Part shown: positions 55,816 through 64,000 of the stretch, in pieces | How positions within the stretch are numbered: the first letter of the stretch is position 1 | Layout: every line of letters starts with the position of its first letter | Source: Thermoplasmata archaeon | GTDB taxonomy: Archaea > Thermoplasmatota > Thermoplasmata > RBG-16-68-12 | Assembly (NCBI GenBank): GCA_035636595.1 | Contig: DASPYU010000017.1 | Span: 64,040-128,039, forward strand | Reading direction: 5' to 3' | DNA: 64,000 bases | Translations under genes and position numbers: made by a program | The notes under the pieces: model-generated | The model's database searches: none | What the model saw: the letters and a program-made list of their open reading frames with translations, nothing else | What the model was told of the DNA's origin: nothing

Positions 55816-57129
55816 TCACGGAACCAGTCGGTTCCGGTCCCGTGGGAACAGGATCGCTTCCCGGATGTTCGGCAGGTCGAGCAGCTTCTGGACGAACCGG
55901 TCCAGGCCGAAGCCCCAGCCGCCGTGCGGGGGCATCCCGTACCGGAAGGCCTTCAGGTAGAACTCGAAGCTCTCCGGGTTGAGCCCTTTCTCTTTCATCT
56001 TCGCGACGAGCGTCTCGTATCGATGTTCGCGCTGGCCGCCCGAGGCCATCTCGTCCCCCCTGTACTCCAGGTCGAACGAATACGAGTACTCGGGTTCGTC
56101 GGCTTTCGACATGACGTAGAACGGCTTGATGTCGCTCGGGTATTCCGTGATGAAGAACAGGTCGTGGCCCTCCTGGCCGAGGGCCTGTCCCAGGAGCTTC
56201 TCGCCCTCCGTGTCGATGTCGTCGCCGTCGCGCACGCGCTTGCCCCGGCCCCGGAGGATCTCGAGGGCTTCCGGGTATGGGACATTCCGGAGCGGGATCT
56301 TCGGTCGCTTCGGATCCGCGTGGAGGAGCTCGAGCTCGGCTCTCGCGTCGGCCCGCACGCGCTCGATCGCATGGTCCACGGCGCCCGCGAGGACCCGCAG
56401 CACATCCTCTTGGTGCGCAATCCACGCCACCTCTCCGTCGAAGGACGTGAATTCGGTGACGTGCCGCACGGTGTCCGAGGGCTCCGCGCGAAACGCCGGA
56501 GCGATCTCGTAGACGCGGTCGAAGCCGGTGGCCATGAGCATCTGCTTGTACAGCTGCGGGCTCTGACTCAGGAACGCGCGACGGCCGAAGTAGTCCGTCT
56601 GAAACAGCGTCGCACCGCCTTCCGCTCCCGCGCCCGCGAGCTTCGGCGTCTGTACTTCGACGAACCCCTCCCGATCGAGGTACGCGCGCAGCGCCGCCGC
56701 GACGAGTGCCCGCACCCGGAAGATCGCCCGCCGCTCCGGCTTCCGGAGGTCGAGGACGCGGTTGTCGAAGCGGGTGTCCATCTCCGCACCGACTTTGTCC
56801 GCGACGGGGAGCGGCAGCGGCGCGGCGGCGGGACTGATCACCTCGGCGGCGGAGGCGACGAGTTCCCAGCCGTTGCGGACCTGCGGATTGGGCTGGATCG
56901 TCCCTCGCGCGACGACGACGCTCTCGCGGACGAGGTGGGCCGCGGCGTCGAAGAGGGCCTCGTTGACTTTCTTCTTCACCGTGACCTGGAACGTCCCGGA
57001 CCGCTGTCGCACGATGAGAAAGGCGATCCCGCCGAGGTTGCGCACGTCCTCGACCCAGCCCGCGAGGGAGGCCTCCTTCCCTCCATCTCCCGGTCCGATC
57101 GACTCGATCGACCGGAGGGGGTTCGCCAT
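55816..57129 (-). CDS. aspS: aspartate--tRNA ligase (archaeal/eukaryotic type)
   Basis: An N-terminal OB anticodon-binding domain is followed by class II motifs (FRAEPS, GGWGFGLDR). Confidence 0.9.
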   Translation of the reverse strand: MANPLRSIESIGPGDGGKEASLAGWVEDVRNLGGIAFLIVRQRSGTFQVTVKKKVNEALFDAAAHLVRESVVVARGTIQPNPQVRNGWELVASAAEVISPAAAPLPLPVADKVGAEMDTRFDNRVLDLRKPERRAIFRVRALVAAALRAYLDREGFVEVQTPKLAGAGAEGGATLFQTDYFGRRAFLSQSPQLYKQMLMATGFDRVYEIAPAFRAEPSDTVRHVTEFTSFDGEVAWIAHQEDVLRVLAGAVDHAIERVRADARAELELLHADPKRPKIPLRNVPYPEALEILRGRGKRVRDGDDIDTEGEKLLGQALGQEGHDLFFITEYPSDIKPFYVMSKADEPEYSYSFDLEYRGDEMASGGQREHRYETLVAKMKEKGLNPESFEFYLKAFRYGMPPHGGWGFGLDRFVQKLLDLPNIREAILFPRDRNRLVP

Positions 57130-57184
57130 GGAGGCGCGGAGAACGGCGAGGTCTATTAAAGGAATCGGTGAAGGCGAAAAGATT

Positions 57185-58255
57185 TCAGCGGGCGACCGCG
57201 ATTTTTTCTTTCGTCCGCGCGACCTCTTTCTCCCGGTCGGCCTCGCTCGGCACGAACTGGACGTGGGGGTACGCGAACTGGACCCGCGGCTCCGCGAGGA
57301 ACCTCTCGTAGATCCGCTTGACGAGGCGCGTGCGGTAGGAGCCCTTCGCGAAGACCGGGCAGAAGTAGACGAGGCTCAGGTCGATCGAGGACGCGCCGAG
57401 GCTCCAGCCGACCTTTGGCTCTTCCGCCATGTAGTCCGCGAGGTCCGCGAACTCGTACTTCGCGCGGAGGTGCGCCCGGTTCTCACGCATCATCGGTCCG
57501 ACGATTTCCTCCGCGGCATCGAGGAGGATCTTCTCCGCGAGCTTCATGTCGCTCTCGTAGGTCACGTTCACGATGAGCTGATCCCAGACGAACGGGGTGT
57601 CCTTCGTGTAGTTGAAGACGTTCCCCTTCAGGATCTGGCTGTTCGGGATCGTCACGTATCGACCCGTGAAACTGTCGCCGTACAGGAGGCCGCCGAACTC
57701 GCGGAGCGTCGTGTTCATCGGCGAGATCTCGACGACATAGCCTCGCGTATTGTTCATCTCGATCCGGTCCCCGAGCTTGTAGAGGCCCATCGAGACACAC
57801 ACGATCCAGCCGACCACGTTGAGGAGCGGCTCCTGCATGACGTAGATCAGCGCGGCGGACACGAACGCAGTGCCGAGGAACCCGAACTGCTGCGCGCCCC
57901 CGCCGATCACCACGAAGAAGACGAGCGCAATGACGACGCCCCAGACGACGTAGGAGACGAGCTGGAAGTGCGCGAAGATGTCCGCCTCGTATCGGACGTG
58001 GCTCTTGAGCGCGGCGCGGAACACGGGGCGCAGGACCTCGAGGAGCGCCTTCGTGGCGACCAGGAGGGGGATGATGAAGACCCACGGCTCGAAGGACGCC
58101 AGGTATTCGGGGGAGCCTTGGGGGAATCCGGGGATTTGCACGACCCCGGCGAGGGCCAGGATGAACGTGAGCACGATCGCCGCGATGATGACCCAGAGGA
58201 GGGCTCGCGCTTTCCGCCAGTCGTTGACCTTCACTGACATCAACGACCGGCTCAC
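57185..58255 (-). CDS. mechanosensitive ion channel, MscS family
   Basis: The TM region is followed by the MscS beta-domain signature (PLLNVVGWIVCVSMGLYKLGDRIEMNNTRGYVVEISPMNTTL). Confidence 0.8.
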   Translation of the reverse strand: MSRSLMSVKVNDWRKARALLWVIIAAIVLTFILALAGVVQIPGFPQGSPEYLASFEPWVFIIPLLVATKALLEVLRPVFRAALKSHVRYEADIFAHFQLVSYVVWGVVIALVFFVVIGGGAQQFGFLGTAFVSAALIYVMQEPLLNVVGWIVCVSMGLYKLGDRIEMNNTRGYVVEISPMNTTLREFGGLLYGDSFTGRYVTIPNSQILKGNVFNYTKDTPFVWDQLIVNVTYESDMKLAEKILLDAAEEIVGPMMRENRAHLRAKYEFADLADYMAEEPKVGWSLGASSIDLSLVYFCPVFAKGSYRTRLVKRIYERFLAEPRVQFAYPHVQFVPSEADREKEVARTKEKIAVAR

Positions 58256-58374
58256 GCGTTATTTAATCCCGGTGGCGAGGTTATCAGGGATGAAAGGCGA
58301 CGCGCCACGATCGCGGCCGGCCACCGAAAAGTCCTTTGAGACGGGGCGCTTCGGCGAGGCGCGGTGGGCGGGAG

Positions 58375-59310
58375 TTGGCGGAGCCGATCATCGATGTCCG
58401 GGGGCTGAAGAAGGCCTACGGGGACATCAAAGCCGTCGACGGTATCGACTTCGCGGTGCGCGCGGGGGAGATCTTCTCGCTCCTCGGGCCGAACGGCGCC
58501 GGCAAGACGACGACGGTCGAGATCCTGGAGGGGCTGCGGGACCCGACCGCCGGGCAGGCGCGCGTCTTCGGCCAGGACGTGCGCACGGGATACGGCCAGA
58601 TTCGCGAGCGGGTCGGTGTGCTCCCCCAGGACTTCGAGCCGTTCGACCGCCTCAAGCCTCGGGAGGCGATCCGCTACTGGGCCGCGCTGTTCGGGCGGGA
58701 CATCGACCGCGAGCGGGTCGACTTGCTCCTCGACGTCGTCGGCCTGAAGGACCGCGCGGACTCTCTGGCGATGACCCTGTCCGGCGGCGAGAAGCGTCGC
58801 CTGGGCATCGCGATGTCCCTCGTCGGTCAGCCGGACCTCGTGTTCCTCGATGAGCCAACAACGGGACTCGATCCGGCGGCGCGGCGCGAGCTCTGGGCGC
58901 TCATCCGAGACCTCAAGGCCCGCGGGAAGACCGTCGTCCTGACGACCCACTACCTGGACGAGGCCGAGCAGCTTGCGGACGAGGTCGCGATCATGAACCA
59001 CGGGCGGATCATCGCCCGTGGGACGCCGGCCGATCTCATTGCGCGGATGGGCAGTGGGACGACGATCGTCCTGTCCGGCGCGGGCCAGGCTGCCGTCGAC
59101 GCGCTTGCGGCCGTCGGGATCAAATCGGAGCTCGAAGACGGCAACGTACTCGTCCACGTGCAGACCGCGACCGACCTTCGTGGCGTCTTGGCGCGCGTCA
59201 CGGCGATCGACGTGCCTCTCGGCGAAGTCTACACGAAACGGGGAACCCTCGAGGACGTCTTCCTCAAGCTCGTCGGAGCGCGCATGCGGGAGGGGGAGCT
59301 CGCCTCATGA
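58375..59310 (+). CDS. ABC transporter ATP-binding protein (ABC-2 exporter type)
   Basis: Walker A GPNGAGKTTT, signature LSGGEKRR, Walker B LVFLDEPTTGLD. A TTG start at 58375 gives the canonical MAEPIIDVRGLKKAYG N-terminus. The raw ORF starts at 58336. Confidence 0.8.
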   Translation: MAEPIIDVRGLKKAYGDIKAVDGIDFAVRAGEIFSLLGPNGAGKTTTVEILEGLRDPTAGQARVFGQDVRTGYGQIRERVGVLPQDFEPFDRLKPREAIRYWAALFGRDIDRERVDLLLDVVGLKDRADSLAMTLSGGEKRRLGIAMSLVGQPDLVFLDEPTTGLDPAARRELWALIRDLKARGKTVVLTTHYLDEAEQLADEVAIMNHGRIIARGTPADLIARMGSGTTIVLSGAGQAAVDALAAVGIKSELEDGNVLVHVQTATDLRGVLARVTAIDVPLGEVYTKRGTLEDVFLKLVGARMREGELAS

Positions 59311-60410
59311 ATCGCGTCGTCGCGGATGTATGGGCGTTCGGGACTCAGTTCATCCGATCTCGGGTCGGTGCCTTCTTCGCCCTTGCCTTCCCGCTGATCC
59401 TTATTCTCCTGTTCGGCGCGATCTTCAGCGGGAGTGGGACGAGCGTCGTTCCCATTTACGTGCAGGATTTGGACCGGACCAACGAGAGCTTCCGGTTCCT
59501 GGACACGCTGAACCAGACGTCCATCGTCCAGTATCATGCGATTCCCACGAACTTCCTCATCACGGACTACATCCGCTCGAACTCGATCAACACGGCGCTT
59601 CTGATCCCGGCAGGCTTCGGGGATGCGGTACGGCGCGCGCAGGCCAACGACACCACGGCCCACGTCAACGTGACGCTCTACGGGGATCCGACCCAGGCCA
59701 CCTATGGGATCGCGGTGGGTGCGGTCAGCGCCGCCGAGACGCAGCTGAACTTCGAAATCGCGCGACGGCCCCCGGTCGTCGGCACGGAGTCGGAACGGAT
59801 TTCCGTTCGCACGCTGACGTACATCGACCTCTTCCTTCCGGGTGTCATCGGCTTGACTGTCCTGACCAACCCGCTGTTCGGGATGACGAACGTGTGCGCG
59901 GAGTACCGCACGCGAAAATTCTTCAAGTTCCTCGCGACGACGAAGCTCTCGAAGGGCGAGTGGCTTGCCTCGAAAGTCATCTGGTACTCGATCCTCATGC
60001 TCGCCTCGACCGCGATAATGTTCGTCGTCGAGCGTGTGGCCTTCGGCGGCTCCGTGGAGATCACGCCTCTGTCAATCGCCTTGATCCTTGCTGGGACGTT
60101 CGAGTTCACGAGCATGGGGATGATCCTCGGCCTCTACGTCCGGGACACCGAGACGGCCGCCGCCGTTGCGAACGCGATCGGTTTTCCCATGATGTTCCTC
60201 GCGGGGTCCTTCTTCCCCGTCGACACGATGCCGCCAGCGCTGCAGTCCCTCGCGCGGGTGCTACCGCTCACGTACATCAACGAGGGCTTGCGGGCTACGA
60301 TGGTCTTTGGCAACGACGGGACCGCGTTGCAATACTTGCTCATCACGCTGGTAATCGGGCTGGCACTGTTCCTCGTGCCCGCAAAGGCTCTGTCTTGGAA
60401 AGCGAAGTAG
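59307..60410 (+). CDS. ABC-2 family transporter permease
   Basis: 367 aa, 6-TM ABC-2-type permease. It overlaps the ATPase stop. Confidence 0.7.
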   Translation: MNRVVADVWAFGTQFIRSRVGAFFALAFPLILILLFGAIFSGSGTSVVPIYVQDLDRTNESFRFLDTLNQTSIVQYHAIPTNFLITDYIRSNSINTALLIPAGFGDAVRRAQANDTTAHVNVTLYGDPTQATYGIAVGAVSAAETQLNFEIARRPPVVGTESERISVRTLTYIDLFLPGVIGLTVLTNPLFGMTNVCAEYRTRKFFKFLATTKLSKGEWLASKVIWYSILMLASTAIMFVVERVAFGGSVEITPLSIALILAGTFEFTSMGMILGLYVRDTETAAAVANAIGFPMMFLAGSFFPVDTMPPALQSLARVLPLTYINEGLRATMVFGNDGTALQYLLITLVIGLALFLVPAKALSWKAK

Positions 60411-60461
60411 GGTGCATCGGATTCCCCGCCACACCGCACCGTCGGCGAGAACCAGGACCGT

Positions 60462-61661
60462 CTAGATGAATTCCGCAAACTTAGCGACGAGTTCCGGCCG
60501 CGTCTCCTTGAGCACCTTGAGGATCGCGCGGACGCTGAGCTTGTGCACGCCGACCTTCGCGAGGATCTCGATGATGTCGTCGAACTCTTTGTCGGAGAGT
60601 GTCACGAGCTTGTTCTTCGCGAGCCAGTTGCGGTACAGATTCTCCTCGAGCTTCGCGCGCCATCCCTTCTCGTACTCCATGAGCGCGGCTTCGGCGAAGT
60701 CGCCGGATTCGTTGCACTTCGCGAGGACGTTCCCGAGGATCATACCTGCGACCATGCCGTTCCCGATGCCCCCGCCCGTGATCGGATCGATCATCCGCGC
60801 CGCGTCGCCGACGAGGGCCATCCCGTTCCCGACGGACTTCTTGATGGGCGGGGCGGTCGAAACGCCTCCCGTGACCATGTCGAGCGGCTGTGCATGTTCC
60901 ATCCGAGGATCTTGCTCAATCCAGCGGTCGAGGAATCCTTTGATGTCCATTCGGCTCTTCAGGCGGTCGAGGGAGACGCCGATCCCGACGTTCGCGGTGG
61001 ACTCGTCCTTCGGGAAGACCCAAATGTAGCCTGCGGGCGCGCACTTACCGAGCCAGAACTCGCAGTAGTCCGGAAAGTCGTGACCCTCGCCGATGTTCGT
61101 GAGGCGGTACTGTAGTGTGCCCGTGATGTCTCCGGCCCGCAGGAGGGTCTTGAACCCGGCCCAGCGGCCCACCTGGCTCTCGTAGCCGTCCGCCGCGACG
61201 ACGCATTTCGCCTCGATCGTCAGCTCGTCCTCGAGGCGCTTCGCACGGATCCCGCGGACCCAGCCGTCGTCCTTGACCACCGCCGTGGCGGTCGTCTTGA
61301 GCCAGATGTCCGCGCCCGCCTTCGCGGCTTCCTTGGCCACGGCCTTGTCGAACGCGTCCCGCTCGAGGACGATGCCTACCTCATTCCCCGCGTGGGCCTC
61401 CTCGATCGTGAGCTCCGTGCCGTTCGGGGAGAAGATCTTCGCACCCTTGACTTCGCGGCCCACCCACTTCCGGTCAAAGGGGAGCTTCGTGTCCTCGACG
61501 AAGTGGCGGGCCAGCCCTTCGCCGCACCGAACGGGGGAGCCGATCTCCTGGCGCTTCTCGATCAGCAGGGTCTTGCAGCCGCCCATCGCGGCGTAGCGTG
61601 CCGTCATCGAGCCGGATGGACCGGCGCCGACAACGACGACATCGTACTGGTACGAAACCAT
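60462..61661 (-). CDS. geranylgeranyl reductase family (digeranylgeranylglycerophospholipid reductase-like) flavoprotein
   Basis: FAD dinucleotide-binding motif DVVVVGAGPSGS. The conserved Cys (RCGEGL) and C-terminal helices are typical of archaeal GGR. Confidence 0.85.
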   Translation of the reverse strand: MVSYQYDVVVVGAGPSGSMTARYAAMGGCKTLLIEKRQEIGSPVRCGEGLARHFVEDTKLPFDRKWVGREVKGAKIFSPNGTELTIEEAHAGNEVGIVLERDAFDKAVAKEAAKAGADIWLKTTATAVVKDDGWVRGIRAKRLEDELTIEAKCVVAADGYESQVGRWAGFKTLLRAGDITGTLQYRLTNIGEGHDFPDYCEFWLGKCAPAGYIWVFPKDESTANVGIGVSLDRLKSRMDIKGFLDRWIEQDPRMEHAQPLDMVTGGVSTAPPIKKSVGNGMALVGDAARMIDPITGGGIGNGMVAGMILGNVLAKCNESGDFAEAALMEYEKGWRAKLEENLYRNWLAKNKLVTLSDKEFDDIIEILAKVGVHKLSVRAILKVLKETRPELVAKFAEFI

Positions 61662-61828
61662 CCTAGCACCGACAAAGGCGGCGGTTCATCGACTTGCGAT
61701 ATAAGAAATTACCTCGGCGCTCGGCCGCTGGCACCGAGTCGTAACCCGGAGGATACTTTGAACCCGCCCGAGGTGTATGAGCGCGCCGGAGGGGACGTCG
61801 CATCCGCCACGAACTGCCACGATGCGCC

Positions 61829-62242
61829 GTGTGCGGGGACATGGACATTCTCCTCCTCGGGAAAGGCATGGTGCGCTGCCGGACGTGCGGCGTGGTGCCG
61901 GGACCCGCGAAGGCAGCCTGGACGACGGCGATCGGTCACCTCGCCGCGCGGATTCTCATTCTGTCGGCCGCGGTAGCGGTCGCCGATGTGCTCGTCGCCG
62001 TCATCGTCGGCCGAGGGAATGTAGCCGGAGCGTACTCGACGGTCGTGTTCGTCTCGGGCGTGGCGATCCTAATCCTTGGCGGCGTGAAGGGCGGCGCTCC
62101 CCGAGGGTCTGGGGTGTACACATCCGGTAGCGAGGTGCGCGCTCGGTTCGGGCGGACGAGTCCGAGCCTGGATGCGGCGTTGCTGCTCGGAGGGCTCCTG
62201 CTCATCGCTGTGGGTCTGATTGTGCACTACACGATTGGCTAG
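61829..62242 (+). CDS. hypothetical membrane protein with N-terminal CxxC
   Basis: 137-aa ORF with three hydrophobic helices. Coding status is uncertain. Confidence 0.3.
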   Translation: MCGDMDILLLGKGMVRCRTCGVVPGPAKAAWTTAIGHLAARILILSAAVAVADVLVAVIVGRGNVAGAYSTVVFVSGVAILILGGVKGGAPRGSGVYTSGSEVRARFGRTSPSLDAALLLGGLLLIAVGLIVHYTIG

Positions 62243-62244
62243 GG

Positions 62245-62487
62245 CTACTTCATCGTGTGGAGCTTGTGGCCGCGGGGGTAGTCGATCGCCCCGACCGGGC
62301 AGACCTTGACGCACATGCCGCACTGCGTGCAGTCCTCGTTGAACGTCAGGTAGACCTCGTTCAGGAAGATCGCGTTCGTCGGGCACGTGCCGACGCAGGC
62401 TCCGCAATGCATGCAGAGCATGTCGTCGATCGCCATGATGCCGTTGTCCCGGACCGAGGGACGGATCGACACCACTTGCTCAGGCAT
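62245..62487 (-). CDS. 2x[4Fe-4S] ferredoxin
   Basis: Two CxxCxxCxxxCP motifs are present (CMHCGACVGTCP and CTQCGMCVKVCP). Confidence 0.8.
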   Translation of the reverse strand: MPEQVVSIRPSVRDNGIMAIDDMLCMHCGACVGTCPTNAIFLNEVYLTFNEDCTQCGMCVKVCPVGAIDYPRGHKLHTMK

Positions 62488-63913
62488 GCCGCGACCGCCA
62501 CTCCTCGATCGGCACCGCGAACTTCTTCTCGATCTCTTCGCGGAAGTTCGGCCCCGTGTTGTACGCGCAGAACGGGATGACCTTGCCGTCGGGCGTGGCG
62601 TAGTGGATGACGCAGCGCTTCACGCGCTCGATGTCGTAGTTGTAGTTGTCCTGGAAGTGCATGCCGCCCACGTACATCGTGGACCAGGAGAACTCTGCCG
62701 CGCCGGCCTTGTCGCCCTTCGTGAACATCCGGTTCAGGATCTTCAGCATCTTGGCGAGGCCCATGCCCTCGGGCGCCTCCTCCGGCTTGAAGTGCCGCTT
62801 CAGGAGCTGCAGCGCCTTGAGCTTCGACGTGAACTTGATCTTCTTGTCCTTCGTGTCCTGCGCCAGGAGCCAGAGGTCCTCCATGAGGCCCTCGACGTCG
62901 ATGAACCGCGTGATCGGCACCGGGTCCTTCCCGTTCTCGAGGAACAGGTACGACGCGAGGCCGCACGCCGGGTGCGACGTGAAGGAGGGCTTCGCGGTGT
63001 CCGTGAGGACACTCACGAGCTCCGAGATCGGCGACACGAAGGGCACCGGGTACCAGTCGTCGCGCGTGAGGTAGCCCGTCTGCTCCTCGAGGTCGTACGC
63101 CAGGTCGCTGAGGGTGTATCGCAGCTTCCGGCGGTCTTCCTCGGGGATGCGGCCCGTCAGGCTGACCGGCTGGAAGTTGACGCCCTTCACGACGTCGCGG
63201 TTCTTGATCGCGTAATTCAGGATCTCGCCGGCCTGGTCGTCGTTGAAGGAGTTGACCATCGTCGGCACGAAGCAGATTGTCGGGGTGATGACGCCGCGCG
63301 CCTTGCGCTCGCGGACGCGCTCGATCACCTTGAGTTTGATGTCCAGGAGCGGCCGGCCGCGGGCCTTGATGTAGTTCTCTTCGCGCAGGCCGTCGAACTG
63401 CAGGTAGATCGTGTTCAGCCCGGACTCCGCGACCTTGTCGAGGAATCCGTCCTCGGTCGCGAGCCGGATGCCGTTCGTGGCGACTTGGACCTGGGCGAAG
63501 CCCATTTCCTTCGCCGCCTTCACGATCTCGGGGAACTGCGGGTAGATCGTCGGCTCGCCGCCGGCGAACTGGATCGCCGCGACCGGGATCGGTCGCTGGG
63601 CGCGCAGCACCGCGAACTCGTAGACGATCTGTTCGAACGTCGGCTCGAACACGTACCCGGCCGCGTTCGCGTTCGCGAAGCAGATCGGGCACTTCAGATT
63701 GCATCGGTTCGTGAGGTCGATGTTGCAGAGCGACGTGGCGGAATAGTGGAGGTTGCACAGGCCGCATTCGTACGGACACACCTTCGCGTCCACGATCTGC
63801 GGGTTCGCAAGCCCGACTCCGTCGAAGGCCCAGTTCTCGGCACGGAGGTACATCTCCGCATCGGACCAGCACACCTCGTCGAATTCGCCGTGCTCCTTGC
63901 ACGTCTTCTTCAT
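62480..63913 (-). CDS. radical SAM protein with auxiliary N-terminal Cys cluster
   Basis: The CxxxCxxC radical SAM motif CNLKCPICF is preceded by extra cysteines (CPYECGLC). 477 aa. Adjacent to the ferredoxin and GGR. Confidence 0.75.
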   Translation of the reverse strand: MKKTCKEHGEFDEVCWSDAEMYLRAENWAFDGVGLANPQIVDAKVCPYECGLCNLHYSATSLCNIDLTNRCNLKCPICFANANAAGYVFEPTFEQIVYEFAVLRAQRPIPVAAIQFAGGEPTIYPQFPEIVKAAKEMGFAQVQVATNGIRLATEDGFLDKVAESGLNTIYLQFDGLREENYIKARGRPLLDIKLKVIERVRERKARGVITPTICFVPTMVNSFNDDQAGEILNYAIKNRDVVKGVNFQPVSLTGRIPEEDRRKLRYTLSDLAYDLEEQTGYLTRDDWYPVPFVSPISELVSVLTDTAKPSFTSHPACGLASYLFLENGKDPVPITRFIDVEGLMEDLWLLAQDTKDKKIKFTSKLKALQLLKRHFKPEEAPEGMGLAKMLKILNRMFTKGDKAGAAEFSWSTMYVGGMHFQDNYNYDIERVKRCVIHYATPDGKVIPFCAYNTGPNFREEIEKKFAVPIEEWRSRHA

Positions 63914-64000
63914 CTTGAGGGCGCCGTCGCCGATGTAGAGTGTGGCGGGGATGACCTTGAGGCATTCCGGACACAGCGATCCGGTGCGGCGGGGTAGGCC

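Noticed and set aside
62361-63997. Alternative 536-537-aa ORFs overlapping the radical SAM gene on both strands
   Set aside because: Only the 62480-63913 minus frame carries the CxxxCxxC motif and a coherent sequence. The others are Arg/Gly/Asp-rich noise.
1-64000. CRISPR arrays, rRNA genes, IS transposase genes
   Set aside because: Visual inspection found no regular short direct repeats with unique spacers, no rRNA-like stretches, and no recognisable transposase ORF. Absence of tools means small arrays could be missed.

Overview
High-GC (~65%) archaeal chromosomal segment, apparently a euryarchaeote or Thermoplasmatota-like organism. TGA, TAA and TAG are all used as stops. Most of the window is housekeeping: aIF6, glycine-cleavage P-protein subunits gcvPA/gcvPB, tRNA-Ser(CGA), Sec61beta, Alba, the Pus10-L21e-RpoF-DUF655 cluster, L35Ae, TBP, tRNA-Arg(CCG), the RpoE'-Spt4-DUF359-S24e-S27ae cluster, an oppBCDF operon with a convergent substrate-binding protein, the H+-pyrophosphatase, archaeal iPGM, AspRS, MscS, an ABC-2 exporter, and a geranylgeranyl reductase-ferredoxin-radical SAM group. 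Several accessory or atypical features are interleaved. Between TBP and tRNA-Arg lies a lower-GC island of about 2 kb. It contains an 848-bp segment bounded by 27-bp imperfect terminal inverted repeats and by tRNA-3'-end-like direct repeats, and it encodes a Zn-ribbon repeat protein and a degenerate tyrosine-recombinase catalytic domain. Two tandem paralogous sequon-rich surface proteins share a conserved C-terminal anchor. A MoaD/ThiS-like ORF lies in frame with a start-less histidine phosphatase, separated by one TGA. S24e carries a K/P/E/A-rich tail. A 764-aa protein is almost entirely coiled coil. A surface module contains two Ig-like-repeat proteins plus an S8 protease. A singleton RusA-like resolvase is present. 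Many long antisense ORFs are GC artefacts.
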